Part shown: piece after piece, positions 11,156 to 21,093 of the stretch
How the letters are laid out: every line of letters starts with the position of its first letter
Position numbering within the stretch: the first letter of the stretch is position 1
Source of the DNA: a virus
Reading direction: 5' to 3' (one strand)
Virus record (IMG/VR): IMGVR_UViG_3300033146_003955
Location: 32,001 to 96,000 of that record
Length of the DNA stretch: 64,000 bases
The notes under the pieces: generated by a model
What the model was told of the DNA's origin: nothing
The model's database searches: none
Seen by the model: the letters and a program-made list of their open reading frames with translations, nothing else
Translations under genes and position numbers: made by a program

Positions 11156-12493
11156 ATGAAAAAAATTTTATTTATAACGTTATTGATTTTAATATCAGTA
11201 ACAGCTCTATTCTCACAATCAGTGTTAACTGTTGCTGAAGGGAGAGGCGGAACAGGAGTTGCAAATCCCGGTCACTATCCTTCCTTCTTTATGAATCCAG
11301 CAGGGTTTGCACTTGATAGTGGTCTAACTATATTAGGTGTAAATGGCTGGGCTTATTCAGATCAAGCAACTATGGATTTAATTAGAAATCCGGAAACAGC
11401 TTCAGCAAATACAGATGCAGTAATAACAGATAATACAGCTGAAATCGAAGCTTGGTTTGATGACAAAAGCGATGAAGAACTTACTGCTATTATTCAAGAT
11501 GCAGGTTATACAGAACAAGATATTGCGAACTCAGACACAAATGGAAATCATTTAGACGATACATTAGAATTTTTTAACTCTTTAACAGATGACGAAATTA
11601 TCTCAATTATAGGTTTAGTTATAGCTGAGGATGACTTTCCACTCTCAGCTGAAGAATTAGGTCTCCCATCAGGAGCAATGAGATTAGGTACTTCAGCTGG
11701 TTTTGCTTTTACAGCTGGCGGTTTGGGTTTAGGTTTCTTTACAATAGCAGACTTCAATATTGAAGGCGATAACATCCTTGCTATTGAAGGTGCTGCTGAA
11801 GCTAAACTTCAACTTAATTTAGGTTACGCCCATGAATTTAATTTTGGCCTCTTTAAAGTTATACCTGGAATACAAGCTAGGCCGTTCACTTCTTTATTTG
11901 CACCAATTGATGTATCACTTATGACTGCCGTTATGAATGGTAATGATATGGTTAATACAATAATGTCTCTTAGTACAAGGCAGGGAAATGCTATAGCATT
12001 AGATGTTGGAGTTATTGTAGACATCTGGTGGTTTGATATTGGCTTTTCAGTATTTGACTTTTTTGGTACAAAAATAACATATCGTAATACTACGATGGGT
12101 GAAGCTCTAGATGATATATTTGCATCTGGTACTGATGGTGAATATATTATAGATCCAACTTACAACCTTGGTCTTGCGTTTAACCCTAGTATTCCAATAA
12201 TTAAAAGAATAATTGATCCAACTCTTTATATAGATTTTCAAAATTTGGGTGGAGTTATCGATGCTATGAATGATGATCCTGAAGCTGCTAAAGATTTAGT
12301 TTCTATAGGCTTGGATATGAAACTTTTAAATTTCTTAAATTTAAGAGCTGGGTATGCTGGTGGTTATTATACTCTCGGTACAGGATTTGATATATTGATA
12401 TTTGAAGCTAACATAGCTGCTAAGTTTGATGCATTAAATTACAATGATGTTTCTAATTTTGGTATTATGGCTGACTTAGTTATAAGATTCTAA
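11156..12493 (+). CDS. Outer-membrane beta-barrel protein, TraF/FadL-like
   Basis: Signal peptide MKKILFITLLILISVTALFS, 'FFMNPAGF', alternating beta-strands, 'LRAGYAGGYYTLG', C-terminal Phe. Confidence 0.7.
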   Translation: MKKILFITLLILISVTALFSQSVLTVAEGRGGTGVANPGHYPSFFMNPAGFALDSGLTILGVNGWAYSDQATMDLIRNPETASANTDAVITDNTAEIEAWFDDKSDEELTAIIQDAGYTEQDIANSDTNGNHLDDTLEFFNSLTDDEIISIIGLVIAEDDFPLSAEELGLPSGAMRLGTSAGFAFTAGGLGLGFFTIADFNIEGDNILAIEGAAEAKLQLNLGYAHEFNFGLFKVIPGIQARPFTSLFAPIDVSLMTAVMNGNDMVNTIMSLSTRQGNAIALDVGVIVDIWWFDIGFSVFDFFGTKITYRNTTMGEALDDIFASGTDGEYIIDPTYNLGLAFNPSIPIIKRIIDPTLYIDFQNLGGVIDAMNDDPEAAKDLVSIGLDMKLLNFLNLRAGYAGGYYTLGTGFDILIFEANIAAKFDALNYNDVSNFGIMADLVIRF

Positions 12494-12511
12494 GTATAAG
12501 AAAAATTTATT

Positions 12512-12539
12512 AAAAGGAGCTGAAAAGCTCCTTTTTTTT
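12512..12539 (+). terminator. Rho-independent terminator
   Basis: AAAAGGAGCT-GAAA-AGCTCCTTTT followed by a T-tract. Confidence 0.85.
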
Positions 12540-12555
12540 GTGCATATTTACATAT

Positions 12556-12741
12556 ATGGAAGAAAAAATTAGAGTGTATAAAGAAGTCATGTTATGGTTT
12601 ACACGTGATGAACATATACAGGAGTTGACCCTTCCTAAAAAGGAAGGTGAGGTTGAAGTGGAATATGTTAATGCCATTACCAGAGCTCAAAGACCAATAC
12701 TTCCAGAACACTGCGGCAGAAAAATAGATTTATATACATAG
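12556..12741 (+). CDS. Small hypothetical protein (likely leaderless)
   Basis: ATG lies 14 nt after the GCATATTT motif; no SD. Confidence 0.55.
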   Translation: MEEKIRVYKEVMLWFTRDEHIQELTLPKKEGEVEVEYVNAITRAQRPILPEHCGRKIDLYT

Positions 12742-12749
12742 GAGATAAG

Positions 12750-13589
12750 ATGTACATAGAAAAATTAGACTTAGACATTAAAGATTTTACAGCAGCGGAT
12801 ATTGTTGATATGGATATAGTAGTGGAAAATGCTACTACTGAATCGCAAAAAATATATGATAATCCGTCTACTCGGAAGGGTAGAACTTTTGATGAAATAT
12901 ATAGAGTTTCATTACAGTCACATATAGCTGAGAAACACCTTATAGAGAAATATGATTTTGATGATGACCCTAGACCGTATATGGATGTTATTTATAATGG
13001 TCAAACTATTGATGTTAAAACATCTATTAATGGTATCATGAATTATAAACAGAAACATCTTGAAACGTTGGCTGAAAAAAATTTATGGCCTAATGTAGTT
13101 ATTACTGATTATGTCATGGGGTTTGATGTTAAGAATGAAATATATGAATATAAATTTTATGAGAAAGTGCCTACGGTAACATTCACCGTAATTGATAATG
13201 TAAAAGCTAGCGTTGTTGGCAATGATATAAAAGGCTTCTATAACCAGTTGAAATTTAATGATGATTATAACGAAAAACAGAATAAAAAATATAGTCATAT
13301 GAACACAAAAGAACGACATCTAGCTATGTTGACAAGTTTTGGTATTAAAGTTTCATATGATTATGGGTCTGTTTCTACTCCTGCCCCTATTTCTACTCCT
13401 GTCCCTATTTCTAGTACGTCATCTAAACAAGTTTTTAAAAAACGACCAAAATTTGTCGTAATAAACAAATCTCTAACTAAAAAAATTAATTATACTCCAG
13501 AAATACTTTATAATGGGCTTATTAAAAATGGTAAAACTGTTGGTCAAGCAATTAGTATTATGCGTGATTACGGTATAAAAGTTGTATAA
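12750..13589 (+). CDS. DenB/endonuclease IV-like PD-(D/E)XK protein with C-terminal extension
   Basis: 'HIAEKHL...DDPRPYMDVI...IDVKTS' resembles the catalytic layout of T4-like DenB. Confidence 0.45.
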   Translation: MYIEKLDLDIKDFTAADIVDMDIVVENATTESQKIYDNPSTRKGRTFDEIYRVSLQSHIAEKHLIEKYDFDDDPRPYMDVIYNGQTIDVKTSINGIMNYKQKHLETLAEKNLWPNVVITDYVMGFDVKNEIYEYKFYEKVPTVTFTVIDNVKASVVGNDIKGFYNQLKFNDDYNEKQNKKYSHMNTKERHLAMLTSFGIKVSYDYGSVSTPAPISTPVPISSTSSKQVFKKRPKFVVINKSLTKKINYTPEILYNGLIKNGKTVGQAISIMRDYGIKVV

Positions 13590-14097
13590 GCCTAAACCAT
13601 TTATAAAGCCATGGAAGGTACCAAATACTAATAATGTTAGTTCTAATATAGAACGTCTTCTTATTGATATAATAAAAAAATACCCTTATGATATTCCACA
13701 TGAACAGCTTGTTGCAGAGTTTGGTTTTGAACTGAAGATGTTGGATAAAGAAAAAAGCAAGGTTGGCGGTTCATACGATTTTAGAAATAAAGTTATAAAT
13801 ATAGTCGATTATTGGGAAGAATATAATGAGAGTACCTTCTGCCATGAATTCTCCCACCTTCTCCAAGATGTAGCAGATGAAAGTGATTTCTATAAAGATT
13901 ATAATAGAGGCAATACTCTTTTCTCACAAACAGTGAGACAGGAACAAGATGCTTGCAATATAAGCCTTCTTGTTTGGGAGTGGCTATACCCGGGGAAACC
14001 TTATTCTAAGTACTTAGTACCTTATTATGAAGCAGAAAGTATAAAATGGTTGGGCGAATATTATGCTCCTTATTTTGAAAATGATCTCCTAGCTTAG
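13582..14097 (+). CDS. HEXXH zinc-metallopeptidase-like protein (ImmA/IrrE-like)
   Basis: TFCHEFSH followed downstream by EQDAC. Confidence 0.55.
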   Translation: MYKPKPFIKPWKVPNTNNVSSNIERLLIDIIKKYPYDIPHEQLVAEFGFELKMLDKEKSKVGGSYDFRNKVINIVDYWEEYNESTFCHEFSHLLQDVADESDFYKDYNRGNTLFSQTVRQEQDACNISLLVWEWLYPGKPYSKYLVPYYEAESIKWLGEYYAPYFENDLLA

Positions 14098-14122
14098 CAT
14101 ACTTAAATAGAGAGGTGATAAA

Positions 14123-14746
14123 ATGGTGAAAAATTATAAATCAAATAAATTTGTTCATAAAATTGAAATGAATTTAGCGAATATATCTGTTAAACCTACA
14201 GATAAATTTCAATTAATAAAGGCATACTATGATATTAATTGTTTTGATTGTGAATTATGCGGACATAAAAATGTTATGAATGCTTTTGAAGTAAAAAATC
14301 TCAAAACAAATAAAATAATTAAGGTAGGTTCTGAGTGTATACAACATTTTTCTGATAAAGGTGTCGATATAGATATTGCGCAAGGCCTTATGCGGAGAGT
14401 AATATCTGCATCCAATAAAGCTCGTCGTGATTTAAAGCGAAAGTTAGGTTATGAAGCTTTCTACTCCCTTCCAGAAAAAGAAAAAGCTACTGTAAAACCC
14501 TGGGATATTAGAGATAAAGCTGATGAACTTGGTAAAGAAGCTTATAAAAAATTGGATAGAAAGGTTAAACAGGAATTGGTCGTGAATGAATATCTTATTC
14601 TTCAAACTAAAGAACTTTTAGCTAATGTTGCTTATAACAATTCCATTCTTACAGAAGAGGATATTGAATTAATTTTTCAATTAGATATGCAAGAGGACAT
14701 GGACAAAGCACTTGTGACGAAGGAGAGAATGACTAAACGCAACTAA
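14123..14746 (+). CDS. Zn-binding phage protein
   Basis: CELCGH...VGSECI motif. Confidence 0.55.
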   Translation: MVKNYKSNKFVHKIEMNLANISVKPTDKFQLIKAYYDINCFDCELCGHKNVMNAFEVKNLKTNKIIKVGSECIQHFSDKGVDIDIAQGLMRRVISASNKARRDLKRKLGYEAFYSLPEKEKATVKPWDIRDKADELGKEAYKKLDRKVKQELVVNEYLILQTKELLANVAYNNSILTEEDIELIFQLDMQEDMDKALVTKERMTKRN

Positions 14747-14757
14747 AGGAGTACTAC

Positions 14758-15390
14758 ATGGATTTGTACCAACTGTATAAAAGCATTAAAGTAGATATTG
14801 ATATAAAATTAGATGAGTTTAGCAGGTTATGGGATGAAGGGACGGATGATGATATTTTCAAGGAAATGGTTTTCTGTATGTGTACTCCACAGACTAGTGC
14901 TCGTAAGGGGTGGGAAGCTGCTACGCAATTAGAAGAATTAAATTACTTCTATAACGGTCATTTTGAGGAAATTGCTTGCACTATAAAAGATGCTGGCATA
15001 CGTTTTCATAAAAATAAGGCTAAGTACGTTCTCTCAAATAGAAATAAATTTATACCCTCTACTAAATCAATTATTCTTAAATATATAAATGGAAATATAT
15101 TAAATGCCAGAAATAATTTGGTAGATGATGTGACGGGGTGGGGTATGAAGGAAGCATCTCATTTCTTAAGAAATATAGGTTTCGGTTCTGAGGTATGCAT
15201 TCTTGATCGTCATGTTATGAGGCGGTTAAAAGAGTATGGTGTTATTACAGCAATTCCTAAAGTCTTAACTAAAAATGCTTATCTGGAGATTGAAGTTGAT
15301 ATGAAGCATTTTGCTTTGGAACAGGAGATACCTGTTGATGCTTTAGATTTTGTTTTCTGGTATCAATCTAAGGGCGAATTTTTTAAATAG
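14758..15390 (+). CDS. ogg: 8-oxoguanine DNA glycosylase/AP lyase (Ogg2-type, HhH)
   Basis: FCMCTPQTSA, GIRFHKNKA, GWGMKEASHFLRNIG, ILDRH, YLEIE, LDFVFWY. Confidence 0.88.
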   Translation: MDLYQLYKSIKVDIDIKLDEFSRLWDEGTDDDIFKEMVFCMCTPQTSARKGWEAATQLEELNYFYNGHFEEIACTIKDAGIRFHKNKAKYVLSNRNKFIPSTKSIILKYINGNILNARNNLVDDVTGWGMKEASHFLRNIGFGSEVCILDRHVMRRLKEYGVITAIPKVLTKNAYLEIEVDMKHFALEQEIPVDALDFVFWYQSKGEFFK

Positions 15391-15505
15391 AATAGTTAAA
15401 GTGATATCAGTTGGTAAAAAAGGTAGTTGGTAACCAATATGTCACTATGCTCTTGAGTGAAAGATTGGAAATTTGAAATAAAAAATATAAAGTTGAGGAG
15501 TTGAT

Positions 15506-15745
15506 GTGATTATTAGAGAAAAACAGAAGGTAGAAAGAACAATAGCGCTTAAGATTAAATGTGATATTTGTGGGAAGGAGTATAGTCTTCTTACAGATGA
15601 TAATTTGGAAGCTCAAGAATTTGTATATATAGAATTTGAAGCTGGATACGGTACAATCTTTGAAGATGGTGAAAATTATGAATTGCATATGTGCCAGCAT
15701 TGTCTGAAAGAGAAATTGGGTAAATATTTAAGGAGAGTAGAATGA
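15506..15745 (+). CDS. Small Zn-ribbon protein
   Basis: CDICG...AGYGTIFEDG...MCQHC. Confidence 0.6.
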   Translation: MIIREKQKVERTIALKIKCDICGKEYSLLTDDNLEAQEFVYIEFEAGYGTIFEDGENYELHMCQHCLKEKLGKYLRRVE

Positions 15746-15948
15746 TTAGAATATGGATTTTTTTAGGACTTGCAGTTTTAGTTTTAGGAATAGTAACGGT
15801 CGCAAGGAGGATGTGGAAGAGAGCATCTGTAGAGCAGAAGCTTGAAGATGATACTATTGATATGGAGAATTACAATAGAATTAAAGACATCGATTTAAAT
15901 GAAGTTAAAAAACGTAAAGAGAAAGTAAAAAAGTACAAAAATTCATAA
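15742..15948 (+). CDS. Small single-pass membrane protein upstream of the SPFH gene
   Basis: N-terminal hydrophobic helix and charged tail. Confidence 0.6.
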   Translation: MIRIWIFLGLAVLVLGIVTVARRMWKRASVEQKLEDDTIDMENYNRIKDIDLNEVKKRKEKVKKYKNS

Positions 15949-15993
15949 AAAGGTGCATAATTAAATATACAAAGAAATATTTAGGAGTGAAGA

Positions 15994-18358
15994 GTGAAGA
16001 AAATTATTATCCTGGCTGGAGCAATTATTGCGATTATACTTGTGATATCAATTGGTGGAAGTATTTTCTCCACCGTAGACGGTGGAGAAGTTATTGTTAA
16101 ACAGGCGGCAGTTACTGGTGATTTAACCATCTATACCGATGAAGGTTTATTTATGAGGATGTTTGGTAAGTTGACTAGATATTACAGAACTTATGATACC
16201 TATCTTTCTAAAGACCCTCTTGATGGTGGTAAAGGTATGGAAACTATGCCAACTACTGTAAGATTTGGAGATGGTGGTACAGCAGAAATTGGTTCCGTAA
16301 CTCAGTGGAGATTACCTCTTATTGATGAGCCTGTAACTAAAATACATAGAAACTTTCGTTCATCTATTGCCCTTCAGGCTCAGGTACGACAGTGGATTAT
16401 AGATGTTGAAAAGCAGACTGCTTCTATTTTTAAAGCAGATGAAACATACTCAACAAGACGTGGTGAGTTTGCACAGCTTATATCTGACCAAATTGTAAAT
16501 GGTCTTTATCAGACTGAAACTGTTCAAGTTGAAGTTGCAACTAATGAAGTTGATGAAGATGGTATAGTAATTATGTCTATGTCTAATAGAACAGTTATTA
16601 AAAGAGACAAAGACGGTACACCTTTTATTGTAAAAATTGGTATATTTAAAGAGTACGGCCTTGAATTGGTAAACCATACTTTAAAAGATATCGATCAACT
16701 TCAGGGTCGCGTTGCATAGAAATATGTGAATGAAAAGCTGTTTATATGCTGGAACCCCCTAAAGCCTTAATGCCGAAACAGTAATTGGAAACGATAAGCT
16801 GAGAGGAGCGAGAGCAGAAAAAAGTTTAAGGATTTTATCGGAGTTAAAAAATACTGATAAAGTATAATGGGAAATCAGCAGAGAAATTACCGTAAAAACC
16901 TGTAATAAAATAAAATTTCATGTAAGATAATTATATGAAAAGAATAGACTACGACGATACAGTTAGACAATTGATCTTTGATAGCTATAGAGAAGGGAAA
17001 TCAACAAGAGTTATAGCAGAAAATGTTGGTGTAAGTTTTCAAACAATAAACCGTTTTTTAAAAAGAGAAGGTGTAGTTTTGAGAACAACAAAAGAAACTT
17101 CGAGACGATATAGTTTTAACACTTCATTTTTTAATAAAATTGATAATGAAGAAAAAGCGTATTGGTTGGGTTTTATTTATGCTGATGGTTATTTAATTGA
17201 AAATCAACATAATGGTTTAGGTATAACTTTAGGAATAAAAGATAAAAATCATTTAGTAAAATTTAATGAAAGTTTATCATCAAATCATCCTGTAAAAGAA
17301 TACAGAGGAAAATCGGCTTATTCAAAATCTGGTTTTGTGAATTTCTGCAGAGTACATTTAATGGGTGAAGAAGTAAAAAATCAAGTAAAAAAACTTGGTG
17401 TCATTCCTAATAAAACTAAATTTTTAACGTTTCCAAATGATACAATAATTTCGAGTAATTTAATAAGTCATTTTATTCGTGGTTATTTTGACGGAGATGG
17501 TTGTATACATTTAGATAAATCAAATTGCTTCAGAGTAATTCTTGCTGGACAAAAAGTATTCCTTGATGTTATAGTTGAAAAACTTAACATTAAAGAATAT
17601 ACTATGAAAGAGCGTCAAGGTTGTTTCGAGTTGCAAATAAATAAACAAAAAAATATGAATGATTTTTTGTCTAAAATCTATTCAAACTCTACTATTTATT
17701 TAGATAGAAAATATAATTTATTTATTACAGGTTTACGGTAAACTCTCAACGACTACCATACGGCTATCCGAAAGGATAATGGTATAGTCTACTCCCTATT
17801 TTAAATATCTCGAAAGAGAGGGTATAAAGGTATGATGAAACTATTGATGCTCTTATTTCACAGAAGAAAAAAGCAGAACAGGAAAAAGCGGTAGCTATTA
17901 CAAATGCTGAAAAAGCTCGACAGGATGCTATTACAGCAGTTGAAAAAGGTAAAGCTGATGTAGCCCAAGCTGAAGCTGAGGAATTAGTAAGTAAAATCCG
18001 CGCAACCACTACAGCACAGAAAAATAAAGAAGTTGCAGAGTTGAAAGGACAGCAGGAGCTTGAAGTTGCTCGTCTTGGTAGATTAGCTGCTGCTGAAAAT
18101 GCAGCTAAAGAACTAGAACTTAAGAAAGCAGATGCTGAAGGTGCTGCATTGTTGGTGAAAGCTGGACTTACTCCACTTGATGCTGCCAATATTCAGAAAG
18201 AAACAGCTATTGGAGTTGCAAGAGAGTTAGCTAAGATGAATGTTCCCCAGATATTTATAGCTGGTGGTAGTGACGGTGGTACTACGGCTGACCCATTTAC
18301 AGCGGTTGGTCTTCAGGCTATGTTAGACATAACAGCAAGTATGGCAAAGACAAAATAA
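15994..18358 (+). CDS. SPFH/band-7 (flotillin-like) membrane protein split by an intron; exons 15994..16695 and 17831..18358 (409 aa spliced)
   Basis: N-terminal TM plus SPFH domain. The spliced junction reads ...LKDID|YDETIDALISQKKKAEQ... into an Ala/Glu/Lys coiled coil, and both exons are whole-codon lengths. Confidence 0.85.
16696..17830 (+). mobile_element. Group I self-splicing intron
   Basis: 5' exon ends in U, paired to G in P1 (CGAU^C with GGUCG). Core elements TGCTGGAA (16747), AATCAGCAG (16873), TCAACGACTA (17746), GGTATAGTCT (17781). GAAA-capped P8/P9 hairpins and terminal G at 17830. Confidence 0.9.
16935..17741 (+). CDS. Intron-encoded LAGLIDADG homing endonuclease with N-terminal HTH
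   Basis: AYWLGFIYADG and FIRGYFDGDG motifs; C-terminal YLDRK. Confidence 0.9.
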   Translation: MKRIDYDDTVRQLIFDSYREGKSTRVIAENVGVSFQTINRFLKREGVVLRTTKETSRRYSFNTSFFNKIDNEEKAYWLGFIYADGYLIENQHNGLGITLGIKDKNHLVKFNESLSSNHPVKEYRGKSAYSKSGFVNFCRVHLMGEEVKNQVKKLGVIPNKTKFLTFPNDTIISSNLISHFIRGYFDGDGCIHLDKSNCFRVILAGQKVFLDVIVEKLNIKEYTMKERQGCFELQINKQKNMNDFLSKIYSNSTIYLDRKYNLFITGLR

Positions 18359-18365
18359 ATAAAAT

Positions 18366-18387
18366 GAGGTCTTCGGACCTCTTTTTT
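18366..18387 (+). terminator. Rho-independent terminator
   Basis: GAGGTC-TTCG-GACCTC followed by TTTTTT. Confidence 0.9.
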
Positions 18388-18550
18388 ATCCATTGATCGC
18401 ATATTTAATAATATAAAAAACGTATAAAACATCTAATTACATTTAAGTACAAAAATAAAACTTTTAATAAAAAAACTTAACCACACATTTAGAAAACATT
18501 CCTAAAGATACCACTGTATCGACAATAATATATTCAAGGGGGCTACAAGA

Positions 18551-20806
18551 GTGAGTCAGTGGAAATGGAAACAAAAATTATCTGAAGAAATATTTCATGA
18601 TAAATATATGATTAATGATGAAAAAAGTGAACAAGATGTATTTAGCGGAGTTGCTAAAGAAGTTGCTTCGGCCGAAAAAACAAAACAAAAAGTAAATGAG
18701 TGGCAACAAAAATTTTATGATGAAATTTCTACAGGAAGATTAATACCAGCAGGAAGGATTTTAGCTAATGCTAGACCAAATACCAAAATGCCATATTATA
18801 ACAATTGCTATACTATAGATATAGAAGATACTATAGAAGGTATAGGGCAATCACAACAAGAAGATTTAATAATTTCTGCTACCGGTGGAGGAGTAGGAAT
18901 TAATTTTTCTAAATTAAGACCTAAAGGTGCTTCACTATCTAAAGGTGGTAAAAGTTCTGGTGTTATATCTTTTATGAAGGGTTTCAATCAATATGCTAAG
19001 GTCATTGAAACTGGGGGATCGCGAAGAGCCGCTCATATTGGTATATTAAATATTGATCATCCAGAAATTGAAGATTTTATAGTCGCCAAGCAGGGTGATA
19101 TAAATAAAGCTTTAACACAATTCAATATTAGTGTTGGAATTACGGATGAATTCATTAATTGCGTGAAAGGTGACAAAGATTGGGATTTGAAATTTAATGG
19201 TAAAGTTTATAAAACAGTCAAAGCAAAAGATTTATATGAATTAATGACCAAAAATGCATTTGAACATAATGAACCTGGAATTCTAAATTTAGATATTATT
19301 AATAAATATAATAATGGTTATTATGATTTTAATATAGAATCTGTTAACCCATGTGGTGAAATTGTTATGCCTCCATATAGTCTATGTTGCTTATCATCTG
19401 TAAATTTAACAAAATTTATTTCTAATCCATTTACAGACCAGGCAAAATTTGACTTCGATTTATATAAAGAGACGATTAATATTGGTATAAGATTTTTAGA
19501 TAATGTATTAGATGTAACCAAATACCCGTTAGAGAAAATTGAAACTTTATCAAAGAAATGGAGAAGAGTAGGGCTAGGATTCACAGGCTTAGGCAATGTA
19601 TTTACTATGTTGAAAATTAAATATGGAAGTGAAGAATCTAAAAAATTATCACATTTATTGGGAAAAACTTTAAGAGATTATTCTTATAAGGCTTCAATTG
19701 AGTTAGCTAAAGAAAAAGGTATGTTTGATAAATGTGATACCAATAAAATAGTAAAATCAAATTTTATTAAACAATTACCTAAAGATATCGTTAAAGATAT
19801 TAAAAAATATGGATTAAGAAACATAGCATTAAACACAACCGCTCCAACAGGTGCAACATCATTATCGTTAGGAAATAATTGTTCTAGTGGAATAGAACCA
19901 ACATTTTCACTATATTACGATCGTTCTATTAGGACAGGAGTTGGAGATGAAATTAAAACAGAAAAAGTATATGATTACGCATGGTTACAATATTTAGAAT
20001 ATATGAAAAAAAATAATTTTGCTATTTCTGATACACCAGATTATTTTGTTACGACATTTGATGTAAATGAATATGATGCAATAGATATACAGGCGATATT
20101 TCAAAAATATATAGATCATAGTATAAGTAAAACATTAAACTTACCGACAGATATAACATATGAAAATTATAATAAATTATTTATGTATGCATACGATAGC
20201 GAATTAAAGGGTTTTACTACATTTAACAGTTCAGGCAGTGTACGCGGTATATTAAACACAGAAGAAAAAAAAGAATATATTAAAAGAACTGAAGCTCCTA
20301 CAAGACCAGATGAACTTGAATGTGATATTCATGAAATTACAGTACAAGGCAAAAAATTTATCATCCTTGTAGGTAAATTATATGGATCACTTTATGAAAT
20401 ATTTCTCGACTCAAATGATGATGGTACAATTGATGTTAATAATCACAAGACAGGTACTATTAAGAAAAACGGTAAAGGAAAGTATTCTTTAATAATTAAA
20501 AACGGAGTTGATAGAGTAGTTGTAGAAAACCTAGCCACATCTTTTGACGCAACATATGGAGTTTTAGCTCGTTTCATCTCTATGGGTTTAAGGCATGGTA
20601 CTCCTCTTCAATTTATAGTAGATCAATTAAATAGATCAAAACATTTCTTGGGATTTGAAAGAGCCGTAAGTAGAGTATTAAAGAAATATATTAAAGATGG
20701 TGAAATTGTTGAAACAAATGAAATATGCCCGGAATGCGGTAACAAAGAATTAAGATATCAAGAGGGATGTTTAGCATGCACATGTGGATGGAGTAAATGT
20801 TCGTAA
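18551..20806 (+). CDS. nrdJ: Class II (adenosylcobalamin-dependent) ribonucleotide reductase
   Basis: PAGRILANA, NNCY, GGGVGINFSxLRPKG, NPCGE, RRVGLG, APTG, SSGIEP, and a C-terminal CxxC...CxC. No beta-subunit gene nearby. Confidence 0.9.
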   Translation: MSQWKWKQKLSEEIFHDKYMINDEKSEQDVFSGVAKEVASAEKTKQKVNEWQQKFYDEISTGRLIPAGRILANARPNTKMPYYNNCYTIDIEDTIEGIGQSQQEDLIISATGGGVGINFSKLRPKGASLSKGGKSSGVISFMKGFNQYAKVIETGGSRRAAHIGILNIDHPEIEDFIVAKQGDINKALTQFNISVGITDEFINCVKGDKDWDLKFNGKVYKTVKAKDLYELMTKNAFEHNEPGILNLDIINKYNNGYYDFNIESVNPCGEIVMPPYSLCCLSSVNLTKFISNPFTDQAKFDFDLYKETINIGIRFLDNVLDVTKYPLEKIETLSKKWRRVGLGFTGLGNVFTMLKIKYGSEESKKLSHLLGKTLRDYSYKASIELAKEKGMFDKCDTNKIVKSNFIKQLPKDIVKDIKKYGLRNIALNTTAPTGATSLSLGNNCSSGIEPTFSLYYDRSIRTGVGDEIKTEKVYDYAWLQYLEYMKKNNFAISDTPDYFVTTFDVNEYDAIDIQAIFQKYIDHSISKTLNLPTDITYENYNKLFMYAYDSELKGFTTFNSSGSVRGILNTEEKKEYIKRTEAPTRPDELECDIHEITVQGKKFIILVGKLYGSLYEIFLDSNDDGTIDVNNHKTGTIKKNGKGKYSLIIKNGVDRVVVENLATSFDATYGVLARFISMGLRHGTPLQFIVDQLNRSKHFLGFERAVSRVLKKYIKDGEIVETNEICPECGNKELRYQEGCLACTCGWSKCS

Positions 20807-20812
20807 GTTAAT

Positions 20813-20843
20813 AAAGAACCTCTATATATATAGAGGTTCTTTT
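20813..20843 (+). terminator. Palindromic terminator
   Basis: AAAGAACCTCTATATATATAGAGGTTCTTTT. Confidence 0.75.
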
Positions 20844-21010
20844 GTTTTACATAAAGACAATTATATAGAATTTAAGGTTTAATAAAACGGAATACTATAA
20901 AATCAAATGATTGGTTAAGTATGAAGTCATGATTAAGATAATAAATAATTAAAACAACTTTTATAAATACGGTAATTCTTAATACTTTAAAGCATAATTA
21001 ATTATATAGT

Positions 21011-21032
21011 AAGGAGGACAATAATGTTGTAG
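21011..21032 (+). promoter_or_regulatory. Leader mini-ORF (Met-Leu-amber) with strong SD
   Basis: AAGGAGG at 21011, ATG TTG TAG at 21024-21032, in-frame TGA at 21045 and TAA at 21072. Confidence 0.5.
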
Positions 21033-21093
21033 ATTAATTCATTATGAACTTATAATTTAATACAAATAAATTAAATTATAGGAGACTATAAAA

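Noticed and set aside
18041-18358. Independent 105-aa gene (and the 241-aa ORF 15994..16719)
   Set aside because: Both are exon fragments of the intron-split SPFH gene.
18551-20806. Intein or intron in nrdJ
   Set aside because: Motifs are contiguous, the length is normal, and no splice-junction signatures were seen.
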